Below are positions 18,645-26,882 of a DNA stretch of 41,820 nt, piece after piece (positions within the stretch are counted from its first letter, which is position 1; each line of letters begins with the position of its first letter). The DNA is from Streptomyces sp. (GTDB lineage Bacteria > Actinomycetota > Actinomycetes > Streptomycetales > Streptomycetaceae): contig NZ_JBOHCV010000385.1 in the NCBI RefSeq assembly GCF_050698815.1, positions 1-41,820 of the forward strand, in the 5' to 3' direction. The translations under genes and the position numbers were made by a program. Under the pieces are notes generated by a model. The model did not search any database and was not told where the DNA came from. It saw only the letters and a list, made by a program, of their open reading frames with translations.

Positions 18645-20015
18645 TCAGCGCCTCTTGTACGTGTCGCCGACCTCCTGGGCGTCCTTCTGCGCTTTGCGCA
18701 GGGCCGTCTTGACGGACTGTTCGCCCTCGATTGCCGCGCTGAGCTCGCGGGAGACCTTGCCGCCCAGCTCGCTGAATTCGGGGATGGCGACGAACTGGAT
18801 GCCGAGGGTGGGCCGCTGCTGCACGCCCGGGTCCCGCGGGTCGGCATTGCGGATCGCGTCCCTGGAGACCTTGTGGAAGGCCTTCGCGGCCCGCTTGTAC
18901 TCGGGGTTCTCGTACGTCGACGCTCGCTTGCCGGCGGGAACGTCCGCCCAGCCGGACGTCTCGCCGACCAGCCGCTCGTAGTCCTTGCCGGAGGCCCAGG
19001 ATATGAACTTCCAGGCGGAGCGGGTGTTCTGGGACGCCTTCTGCATGCTCCACGCCCAGGTGTGGAGCCAGCCGGCGGACTCGGTCTTCTCCACCGGGGC
19101 CGGTACGTACCCGACCTTGCCCTTGACGGGCGAGGTGTCCGCCTCCAGGGAACCGGCACCCGCGGTCGTGTCGTACCACATGGCCGACTTGCCGTCGCGC
19201 ATGGTGCTGAGGCACTCGGCGTAACCGGCCTGTGCCGCGCGGGACTCGCCGTGCTCGCGCACCAGCCCGACGTAGAACTCGGCCGCCTGGGTGAAGCCGG
19301 GAGAGGTGAGCCGGGCGTTCCAGTCCTTGTCGAACCAGGTGCCGCCGAAGGTGTTCACGAGTGTGGTCAGCGGGGCGATCATCTCGCTCCAGCCGGGCAG
19401 TCCGCGCAGGCAGATGCCCCGCATGCCCGCCTCCGCGCCGTCCGTCCGCTGCGCGAGCCTCGACACCTGCCGCCAGCTGGGATTGGCGGGCATCTCCAGG
19501 CCGAGCCTCGCGAAGACGTCCTTCCTGTACATCAGCATGGAGGACTCGCCGTAGAAAGGCTCCGCGTACACCTTGCCGTTCGCCCCGCTGAGGGAGAGCT
19601 GCATGGGCAGCAGGATGTCGCTCTGGTCGAAGGACTCGTCCTTGCTGATGTAGGAGTCCAGCGGGCGCAGCCAGCCTTTGCCGGCGTAGTTCCGCGCCTC
19701 GTAATTGCTGATCGTGGCGACGTCGTAGCGGCCGGTCTGGTTGGCGAAGTCCTGGGAGATCAGGCCGCGGACCTCGTTCTCCGGCAGGGTGGTGAAGTCG
19801 ACCTCGATGCCGGTCCGGCCGGTGAAGTGTTTGGCGGTCAGCTTCTGCAGCCGGAGCATCTGAGGGTTGTCGACCATCAGGACCGTGATGGCCTTGTCGT
19901 CCCGCGGCGTTTCGCCGCCGCCCGGTCCGCCGGATCCGCCGCAGGCCGCGAGCACCCCCGCGGCGAGGACCGCGGCCGCGGCGATCCGTACTGTCCTTCC
20001 CCTGGGTATGGACAT
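18645..20015 (-). CDS. Sugar/polyol ABC transporter substrate-binding lipoprotein (SmoE-like), no adjacent permeases
   Basis: Lipobox LAAC; LMVDNPQM, EPFYGESSMLMYRKD, GICLRGLPGW and GIQFVAIPEF resemble sorbitol/mannitol-binding proteins. Confidence 0.85.
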   Translation of the reverse strand: MSIPRGRTVRIAAAAVLAAGVLAACGGSGGPGGGETPRDDKAITVLMVDNPQMLRLQKLTAKHFTGRTGIEVDFTTLPENEVRGLISQDFANQTGRYDVATISNYEARNYAGKGWLRPLDSYISKDESFDQSDILLPMQLSLSGANGKVYAEPFYGESSMLMYRKDVFARLGLEMPANPSWRQVSRLAQRTDGAEAGMRGICLRGLPGWSEMIAPLTTLVNTFGGTWFDKDWNARLTSPGFTQAAEFYVGLVREHGESRAAQAGYAECLSTMRDGKSAMWYDTTAGAGSLEADTSPVKGKVGYVPAPVEKTESAGWLHTWAWSMQKASQNTRSAWKFISWASGKDYERLVGETSGWADVPAGKRASTYENPEYKRAAKAFHKVSRDAIRNADPRDPGVQQRPTLGIQFVAIPEFSELGGKVSRELSAAIEGEQSVKTALRKAQKDAQEVGDTYKRR

Positions 20016-20412
20016 GAACGCAGCGCACTCCTCGTGGTGGTCCTCAATGGCCCAACGAGGGTTGTCCGTCGGCACCCCGGCGCCTGATGCGGAACCGTGC
20101 GGAGAGTTTTACAAGCCATCCAGCGCCGGGAACAGGCCCGAATGGCCGTCAATCGTGACTGTTCCTGCCCGCATTGCGCGTGCGCCCTCGCGCTGTGACC
20201 AGCAGTCATGTGAACGGCGACTGGCCGGTGTTGCCCGTTTGCCGTGTCACGTCTGCCCGTTTCATGCCCGAAGACGGCTGGAAACCGGAATACGTCGGGG
20301 CCCGGGAAGCACACCGTCCTGGCCGGACCCGCTTCCCGCGCCGACATCACGGCGACGGGTACACGGGCCGCAGGTTCGCGAGGGGTCGTCGCGTACTCCT
20401 CCGCGAGTGACG

Positions 20413-21084
20413 CTAGGCCCGCTCGGAGGTCTGTCCGGACACGGATGTCTGTCCGGAGAGCGTGAAACCTTCCAGGTGCGGGTCCACGCGCCGTGCGGAG
20501 CGCCCGGGCGGGGTGCCGGTCCGCGGGCGCCGGCCGTGATAGACGAAGGCCGGCGGCAGGTTGCCCCACACCGTGCGGCCCTCCACCACTTCTTCGAAGC
20601 TCATGCGGAGCATCTCGCGGAAACGCAGCGCGGAGGAGAGCCGCATCGCGTGGACGTAGCCGAACGTCGTGAACGCGCCGTCGGGCGCCAGCACACGGCT
20701 GACGGCCGAGAGTATGTCGTGCTGGACCTCGGGGGAGAAGGACGCCCAGGGCAGGCCGCTGACGACCACGTCCGCCTTGTCGTGGCCGCGCTCGGCGAGG
20801 AGTTGCGGCAGCTTCGACGCGTCGGCGTTGAGGACGTCGACACGCTGGAAGCGCCAGCTCAGATCGTCGGCCAGCCGCGGGTTCGTCTCCACCGCCAGCT
20901 GATGGCCGCGGCCGCCCAGCTGCTCTTCGATGGTGCTGGTGAACGCACCGGTACCGGGGCCGAGTTCCACCACCACGGGATCGCCGAGTTCGGGCACGGG
21001 AGCGGTCACGGCTTCGGCGAGTCTGCGGGAGCTGGGTGCCACGGCGCCGGTGCGGACGGGCGCCCGCAGGAACTCACGGAGCAT
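20413..21084 (-). CDS. Class I SAM-dependent methyltransferase, phospholipid N-methyltransferase (PmtA)-like
   Basis: EFLRAP..TGAVAPSSRRLA, VVELGPGTGAFT, VVSGLPW, and NLPPAFVY. Alternative start at 21105. Confidence 0.85.
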   Translation of the reverse strand: MLREFLRAPVRTGAVAPSSRRLAEAVTAPVPELGDPVVVELGPGTGAFTSTIEEQLGGRGHQLAVETNPRLADDLSWRFQRVDVLNADASKLPQLLAERGHDKADVVVSGLPWASFSPEVQHDILSAVSRVLAPDGAFTTFGYVHAMRLSSALRFREMLRMSFEEVVEGRTVWGNLPPAFVYHGRRPRTGTPPGRSARRVDPHLEGFTLSGQTSVSGQTSERA

Positions 21085-21543
21085 GGTGCCGGTCTCGCTC
21101 GTCAAAGCTCATGCCTCTCGGGGTCGTCACGTGCTGCGACCGGCCGGGTGTGCGGGCACCCTCGGCAGCGGGGCTCGAGGGCCGCAGCCGTGGCCGGTAC
21201 GGCCCTTGCGGCGACCACCGTACCTACGGTCCCCCGGGGCCCGACAGCGGGTGCCCGTATGATCGCCCGGCGACGGACCCGCACGCTCCTGTCCTGCGGA
21301 GATGACCGAAACGGTGCCGTCGGGGCAGCCGCCGGGCCGGGTGTACGTGGCGAGGATCTCTCCGTGACCGTCACTTCACCGTGGGCGAAATCAAGCCGCC
21401 GCTGTCCGGTCACGGCGGGACTCGGACCGGCCCGTTCCGGGCCCGGTGCCCGGCGACCCGCCGGGCACCGGTGATCCTTGCCGGTTGCCGTTGCCGGGCG
21501 CACGCTGACGGCCAGTCGCCGAATCCCAGGAGGGTCCGTGAGC

Positions 21544-22269
21544 ATGACGTTTCCAGGCGAGTCACCGGAGTACCGGGCGGCCCGCGACCGGTTGCTCGGC
21601 CAGGAGATCGAGCTGCGCAGGGCCACCGAGGCGGTAGCCGCCGCGAGACGTGAGCTGCCACCGGGCGGCGTGGTCACGGAGGACTACGTCTTCCAGGGCG
21701 CCGGAGCCGACGGGGCCCCCGTCGACGTACGGCTGTCGGAGCTCTTCGCGCCGGGCAAGGACTCCCTGGTGATCTACAGCTTCATGTTCCCCCGGCACGC
21801 CGGTGACGACCGGCCGGGGCCCGCGAGCGGGCAGACGGCGCGGCTGAAGCGCGAAGAGGGTCCGTGTCCTTCGTGCACGACCTTGCTCGATCAGTTCGAC
21901 GGCGCCATGGAGCACGTCACCCAGCGCGTCAACTTCGCGGTCGTCGCCAAGGCGCCGCTGCCGCGACTCCTCACCTTCGCCGAGGAGCGCGGCTGGCGGC
22001 ACCTGCGCCTGCTGTCCTCGGCCGCGAACACCTACGGCCGTGACTACCTCGCCCAGACGGCGGACGGGTCGAACATGCCGATGCTGAACGTCTTCCGGCG
22101 CGACGGCGGCAAGATCCGCCACTTCTGGGGTTCGGAGATGCTCTACGCGCCCACCGACAACGGACAGGACCCCCGCCACGTCGGCACGCTCGAGCCGCTC
22201 TGGAACATCTTCGACCTCACACCGGAGGGCCGCGGAGCGGACTGGCAGGAGCAGCTGACCTACGCCTGA
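21544..22269 (+). CDS. DUF899 family thioredoxin-like protein
   Basis: FPGESPEYRAARDRLL..EIELRR, PCPSC CxxC motif, HFWGSEM, and DLTPEGRG. A GGAGG RBS precedes it. Confidence 0.88.
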   Translation: MTFPGESPEYRAARDRLLGQEIELRRATEAVAAARRELPPGGVVTEDYVFQGAGADGAPVDVRLSELFAPGKDSLVIYSFMFPRHAGDDRPGPASGQTARLKREEGPCPSCTTLLDQFDGAMEHVTQRVNFAVVAKAPLPRLLTFAEERGWRHLRLLSSAANTYGRDYLAQTADGSNMPMLNVFRRDGGKIRHFWGSEMLYAPTDNGQDPRHVGTLEPLWNIFDLTPEGRGADWQEQLTYA

Positions 22270-22354
22270 ACAAGTCCGCCCTGGCGCGTGTACCTCCGGG
22301 GCCGCGGGTTGTCCTGCGGGTGGCCGTGGCGGTCCGAACCCCGGCGGGCCCTCG

Positions 22355-22473
22355 ATGAGGGAGAGTCGCCGGAGTGCCGGGCGGCGCGCGACGGATGCGT
22401 CAACCAGCGCGTCAGCTTCGCAGTCGTCGCGAAGGCGCCGCCGCCGCGCTGAATGTGTTCCGGCGTGACGGCG
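22355..22473 (+). pseudogene. Collapsed relic of a second DUF899 gene
   Basis: Three co-linear blocks: 22363-22394 matches 21559-21590, 22404-22448 matches 21921-21965, and 22448-22473 matches 22083-22108. Confidence 0.8.
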
Positions 22474-22479
22474 ATCAGC

Positions 22480-22545
22480 GTCCTCAGCACTCGATGACGT
22501 TGACCGCGAGCCCGCCCCGCGCCGTCTCCTTGTACTTGACCTTCA
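22480..22545. repeat. att site (left junction): displaced copy of the sdaA 3' end
   Basis: Identical to 39528-39593 except one synonymous change (22511 c vs 39559 g). Encodes [23 protein letters not shown] on the minus strand. Confidence 0.95.
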
Positions 22546-23760
22546 ATGCGGCAGACTCCTGGAGGACCTTCTTGACCTGCGGTTTCAAAGCCCGCTTGGT
22601 GATTGGCCGCGTCGCCAGGGATTTCTCAGAGACTCTCTGCGCCTCGGCCTGAGGGGCGAGCCAGAAGTCCGTGGCGGCCAGGCCGCGCCTGCCAGCCTCC
22701 GGCATGAAGTGAGCGTAGTGGTCAAGCGTGATCTTCGGTGTGAAGTGTCCCAGCCACACGGCGAGACTGACGACAGACTCGCCTGCTTCGAGCTGCACCT
22801 GGCATATGTGTGGCGCAGCACGTGGAACATGTCCTCGCGGGACAGGTCGAACACCGGGTGGCGACGTACGCGGTCGCCGTGCTTCTGCTCCTTGTGACCG
22901 ATGACCGTCAGGAGCCCGGCAGCGGCAAGCGCAGGCTTCCAGCTGCGTTCGTTCCATGTGCGGTAGTTGATGCGGTTGCCCTGGCCGGTGGTGAGGACAA
23001 GCCGGACGGTCACTGGCTTCCGCTGGCGCTCCTCCAGTGCCGACTCCGGGGCTTCTGGGTTGCGCCAGGGCAGGGTGCACTCGATAGACGGGAACTCGCG
23101 GAGGTACTCCTTCGCGCGACGCGCGAGGTTGGGGGAGAGGGGGACGGTGCGCGTCTTGTGCCCTTTTGGCAGGCAGAAGTAGGGGCGTCCCTTGATGTCC
23201 CAGCGCATCTGCCGCCGGACATGCAGCACCCCAGCCTCGGAGTCGAGGTCGTTTTCAGCCAGCCCGAACGCTTCGCCTTGGCGTAGCCCGGCGCCGAGCC
23301 CCAGATCGACCGCGGACTGATAGCGGCGGTGGAGCGTCGCGGACGGCTTCGACTGTGGAACGACCCCATGCCTTGGCCTTCTTCTTCGTGCGCCTCGGGG
23401 CCTTGACCGTCCGATACGCCTTACAGGGGCTCTTCGCGAGCCGCATGTCGTCAACGGCGGTGTTGAAGATGGTCGTCAGGTGGATCCATAGAGTCTCCGC
23501 TGTTGATGTCTCGACTCGCGAGAGCAGCTTGCTCTTGAACGTGCGAAGGGTGGTGGCGTCGATATCCCGCAGCGGGTACGCGCCCAGCAGGGGGACGATG
23601 TGGTTCCAAATCCGGCTGCCCATCGGCCCGGAGGTGGACGGCTCATCGGATCGACTTGGCCACCAGTGGTCTTCTATGTAGTCGACAAGGAGGATCTCCC
23701 CATCTCGGGGGTCTACGCCCCCCCCCACGCCGCCCGTCAGTTTGCGCGGCCGCCAGCCAC
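22484..23760 (-). pseudogene. int: Tyrosine recombinase/integrase, frameshifted and 5'-truncated by an IS
   Basis: Pieces in different frames: WLAAAQTDGRRG / VDPRDGEILLVDYIE..HIVPLLG / GAGLRQGEAFGL..PKG..FHVLRHTYA / LEAGESVVSLAVWLGH..ITLDHYAH, which together carry the R-K-HxxR-H-Y catalytic set. Frameshifts lie near 23720 (C9 run), 23335 and 22800. Confidence 0.92.
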
Positions 23761-24552
23761 TGAGCCTTTTCCAACCTCAGTTTGAGCAGGTCAGATGCAG
23801 GGTGAGGACGGCCTGAACGAGGTTGGTGATGCGGGTGGTGCTGCTGCGGATCTTGCGCAGGAGTCGCCAGGTCTTGAGGGTGGCCATGGCCTGCTCGACG
23901 AGCGCGCGGATCCTCGCGTGCGAGCGGTTGACAGCTTGCTGCCCTGCGGAGAGCGTCTCCCAGCGACCCCAGTAGGGCAGTCGTACGGTGCCGCCGGCGC
24001 CCCGGTAGCTCTTGTCGGCCCAGCATTCCACGCCGGCTTCCTCCAGTGCGTCGATGATGTCGTGGGTTCGCGCGGCCTTGATGTCGTGGACTGCTCCAGG
24101 CAGCGCGGGAGATGCCCACAGCAGCCGCCCCGCCGGATCGGTGATCACCTGCACGTTCATGCCGTGCTTCTTGTGCTTCCCGGAGTAGAAGGGCCGGTCG
24201 GCGGCGATTCGGTCGATCGGCAGCAGCGTGCCGTCCAGCATCACGAATGCCTTGGTGGAGGCGGTCTTCATCGCTTCGGCGAGTGTCGGTGCGAGGGCGG
24301 CCAGGACATCGATGGCCTCGGCGATGTACCGGTAGGCGGTCGTGGTGCCAACGCCGAAACCGGCGGCCAGCTGGGCGTAGGTATGGCCGGAGCGCAGGTG
24401 CGCGAGAACGAGCAGGGCCTGGCGGCCCGCGCTCACGCGGCGCCATCGTGTTCCACGTTCCTGGCGGCGGGCCCGCAGGAGAGCGGACAGGTAGCGCAAG
24501 GTCGAGGTGGACACAGAGATGCCGGACGGGTAGACGAGCACGCGGAAGCTCT
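23761..24552 (-). mobile_element. IS5-family (IS112/IS493-like) insertion sequence with only one end recognisable
   Basis: The terminus TGAGCCTTTTCCAAC at 23761 abuts a CAC/GTG site inside int. No matching inverted repeat was seen upstream of the transposase, so the right boundary is approximate. Confidence 0.75.
23777..24541 (-). CDS. IS5-family DDE transposase (HTH_Tnp_4 + DDE_Tnp_4 type)
   Basis: MLVYPSG, TYAQLAAGFGVGTTTAYRY, LDGTLLPIDR, YSGKHKKHGMNVQV, ADKSYRG, and RALVEQAMATLKTWRLL. Confidence 0.92.
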   Translation of the reverse strand: MLVYPSGISVSTSTLRYLSALLRARRQERGTRWRRVSAGRQALLVLAHLRSGHTYAQLAAGFGVGTTTAYRYIAEAIDVLAALAPTLAEAMKTASTKAFVMLDGTLLPIDRIAADRPFYSGKHKKHGMNVQVITDPAGRLLWASPALPGAVHDIKAARTHDIIDALEEAGVECWADKSYRGAGGTVRLPYWGRWETLSAGQQAVNRSHARIRALVEQAMATLKTWRLLRKIRSSTTRITNLVQAVLTLHLTCSN

Positions 24553-24687
24553 TCCCGGGGTGCTCGCGTCGATGGCACGGTCATCCAAGGACGGGACTTC
24601 TCCGGCTCCATCCACTTCGGCAAGTAGCGTCGCCACCCAATGGATGGCGCACCGCCGGTGAGGTCGGCGGCGTGGCGTGTGGGCAGG

Positions 24688-24835
24688 TCATACGGCGGGG
24701 GCTTCGGGCGGGAGCTCGGCGTCGAGCCAAGAGATGAAGAACATTACTGAGCCGCCGAAGTGCTCGCGTACCCGTGCCTGGATGGCTCGCAGCTCGGGCC
24801 CGGGGACGAAGTCGTGCGTGGTGCTTCCCCCGCAT
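24688..24835 (-). pseudogene. Possible C-terminal fragment of a small element gene
   Basis: The tail GGSTTHDFVPGPELRAIQARVREHFGGSVMFFISWLDAELPPEAPAV-stop looks protein-like but has no credible start. Confidence 0.35.
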
Positions 24836-24898
24836 CTCCATAGGCACGGACGTGTGCGGTGGGGGCCCGCGCACGCGTTTGAGTTTCCGTCCAGGGGA

Positions 24899-24969
24899 TT
24901 GACAACCGCAGTGTGCGTGATCAAGCTCGTGTCCAGTCTCCTATTAATACGTATTAATAGGAGACTGGA
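24899..24969 (+). promoter_or_regulatory. Promoter (TTGACA-N17-CAAGCT) plus LacI-type operator within a perfect 38-bp palindrome
   Basis: TTGACA at 24899-24904; palindrome tccagtctcctattaatac|gtattaataggagactgga at 24932-24969. Confidence 0.75.
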
Positions 24970-25001
24970 GCCAAGCGACACCATCTGTGAGTGAGGTTGG
25001 T

Positions 25002-25799
25002 ATGGGCACGGCGACCGACGAGGCCGTACAGGCGCGGGCCTGGGAAGTGTTCTCCCCGTCTGCTTTCGACGGTGAGGTTGTATTCGTCACCGGGGCGGCT
25101 GGCGGCATGGGCTTCGAGACCGCGCGGGCGTTCGCGGCCTGCGGTGCCAGCGTGGTCCTCGCCGACCGGGATGCAGACGGTGTGCAGAGGGCTGCCGCGC
25201 AGATTCCCGGCTCCTGCGGCGTGGTGCTGGATATCACCGACGAGGAGTCGGTCGTGCAAGTGATGGAGCAGGTCGCGCAGGATTTCGGGCGCATTGACCA
25301 CGTCGCGCACTGCGCTGCGGTGATCACCTCACAGCACACTCGGGAGGCCGACGCCGGGCACTGGCGTCGGGTGCTTGACGTGAATCTCGTGGGTACCTTT
25401 GCCGTGGCCCAGCAGGCCTTGCACCACATGGAATCGGCCGGCCGTGGCTCAGTAGTGCTGGTTGCCTCGGACGCTGGGTTCCGCGGCGGTGGCGGTCTGA
25501 TCTGCGATTCAGCCTATGCGGCGAGCAAGGCCGGCGTGCTGTCCCTAGTGAAGTCCCTGGCCCGCGAGTTCGCCTCTTCGGGCGTGCGCGTCAACGCCGT
25601 CGTGCCCGGGCCCAGTGACACTCCCATGCACACCGGAGTTGCCGACGAACTCAAGCAACGTATCGCTTCGAATATCCCGGTTGGCCGGATGGGCCGGGCT
25701 GAGGACATGGCCGCCGCGATCCTGTTCCTGTGCTCGCCGGGCGCCGCCTTTGTGCAGGGCGCCGCCTTCGACGTCGACGGCGGGTTGATGCTGCGATGA
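25002..25799 (+). CDS. SDR-family NAD(P)-dependent oxidoreductase (intact copy)
   Basis: TGAAGGMG, VNLVG, YAASK, and VRVNAVVPG. ATG at 25002 follows GAGG; alternative GTG start at 24987. Confidence 0.92.
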   Translation: MGTATDEAVQARAWEVFSPSAFDGEVVFVTGAAGGMGFETARAFAACGASVVLADRDADGVQRAAAQIPGSCGVVLDITDEESVVQVMEQVAQDFGRIDHVAHCAAVITSQHTREADAGHWRRVLDVNLVGTFAVAQQALHHMESAGRGSVVLVASDAGFRGGGGLICDSAYAASKAGVLSLVKSLAREFASSGVRVNAVVPGPSDTPMHTGVADELKQRIASNIPVGRMGRAEDMAAAILFLCSPGAAFVQGAAFDVDGGLMLR

Positions 25800-26848
25800 G
25801 CTCCCAGGGCGGAGGGCAGCGATCCGGGAGGCCCCGACAGGCGGACATCGCCCGCATCGCCGGGGTCTCGCAGGCGACGGTCTCGCTGGTACTCAACGGC
25901 AACGAGGCGGGCCTCGCGTTGGCGCAGTCAACCCGGGCGCGGGTGCTGGGCGCTGCCCGACAGCTGGGCTATGTCGCGGATCCCGCAGCGCGCCGGCTGG
26001 TGGCGCGCAGCAACCGGCTGCTCGGCGTTTACACCTTCATGGCCACCTTCCCGGTAGATTTCCGCAACTCCTACTACCCCTTCCTGGTGGGAGTGGAGGA
26101 GGAGGCGGCCGCGCAGGGCTACGACCTGTTGCTGTTCACCGGTTCCGGGTCGACCAGGCCAGAGAAACAGGCGGACGGACTGAACCGGCTGCGCTTGGCC
26201 GATGGTTGCGTGCTGATAGGCCGTCATGCACCGACGGAGGAGCTGCTGCGTCTCCTCGACGACGGGTTCCCCTTGGTCTACGTGGGTCGCAACGACACCG
26301 TGGGTTCCCAACTGCCCTACATCGGCGCTGATTACGTACGGGCGTCGGCCGATGTCGTGACGGAGCTGGCCCGGCTGGGGCACCGGAGGCTGGCTTACGT
26401 CCGCGAACCCGACCAGGCGGTCGCCTCATTGGATCGGGAGGAGGGCTTTCGGCTCGGACTACAGGAGAACGGGGTCCATGGCGAGGTCGTGTACACGGAC
26501 GGCTCCGACCTGAACGAGGCACGGCTGCGCGGCTGGCTGGAGGCGGGCACCACCGCGTTCGTGGCGGAGTCCACCGATACCCAGGCGGCGGCCGACGCCC
26601 TGCGCGCCTGCGCCGCCTCAGCCGGGCTTAAGTACCCGCAGGATTTCTCGCTCGCCATGCTCGGCGAGGAGGTCAATCCCCAGCCCGGCGCCCCGGTGGT
26701 GACCGGATTCGCCGTGCCGCGCCCAGAAATGGGCCGCCGGGCGGCACGCATGCTGATCGAACTGCTCTCGGGAGACGGCGCCGCAGCGCACCAGGAACTG
26801 CTCGCCTGCCCGCCGGTGGCCGGCGAGACCACTGGACCGCCGCGCTGA
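25796..26848 (+). CDS. LacI-family transcriptional regulator (copy 1)
   Basis: HTH QADIARIAGVSQATVSLVLNG, hinge LGYVADPAARRL, and a periplasmic-binding fold. ATGA overlap with the SDR. Confidence 0.92.
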   Translation: MSSQGGGQRSGRPRQADIARIAGVSQATVSLVLNGNEAGLALAQSTRARVLGAARQLGYVADPAARRLVARSNRLLGVYTFMATFPVDFRNSYYPFLVGVEEEAAAQGYDLLLFTGSGSTRPEKQADGLNRLRLADGCVLIGRHAPTEELLRLLDDGFPLVYVGRNDTVGSQLPYIGADYVRASADVVTELARLGHRRLAYVREPDQAVASLDREEGFRLGLQENGVHGEVVYTDGSDLNEARLRGWLEAGTTAFVAESTDTQAAADALRACAASAGLKYPQDFSLAMLGEEVNPQPGAPVVTGFAVPRPEMGRRAARMLIELLSGDGAAAHQELLACPPVAGETTGPPR

Positions 26849-26882
26849 CGCAGAGCTAACTCCCACCCAAGAAAGGAACTTC

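Noticed and set aside
17329..20028. 899-aa minus-strand ORF, and the 665-aa ORF at 18090-20087
   Set aside because: Off-frame or antisense shadows of three real genes. They are Arg/Pro/Gly-rich with no motifs, as expected in high-GC DNA.
21360..21475. Inverted repeats upstream of DUF899 as a riboswitch or ncRNA
   Set aside because: A perfect 12-bp stem exists at 21443-21471, but I recognise no riboswitch consensus, and GC-rich stems are common here.
22484..23080. 198-aa ORF as a second sdaA or a standalone gene
   Set aside because: Only the last 19 aa match SdaA (att duplication). The middle is the integrase C-terminus and the 5' part is out-of-frame sequence.
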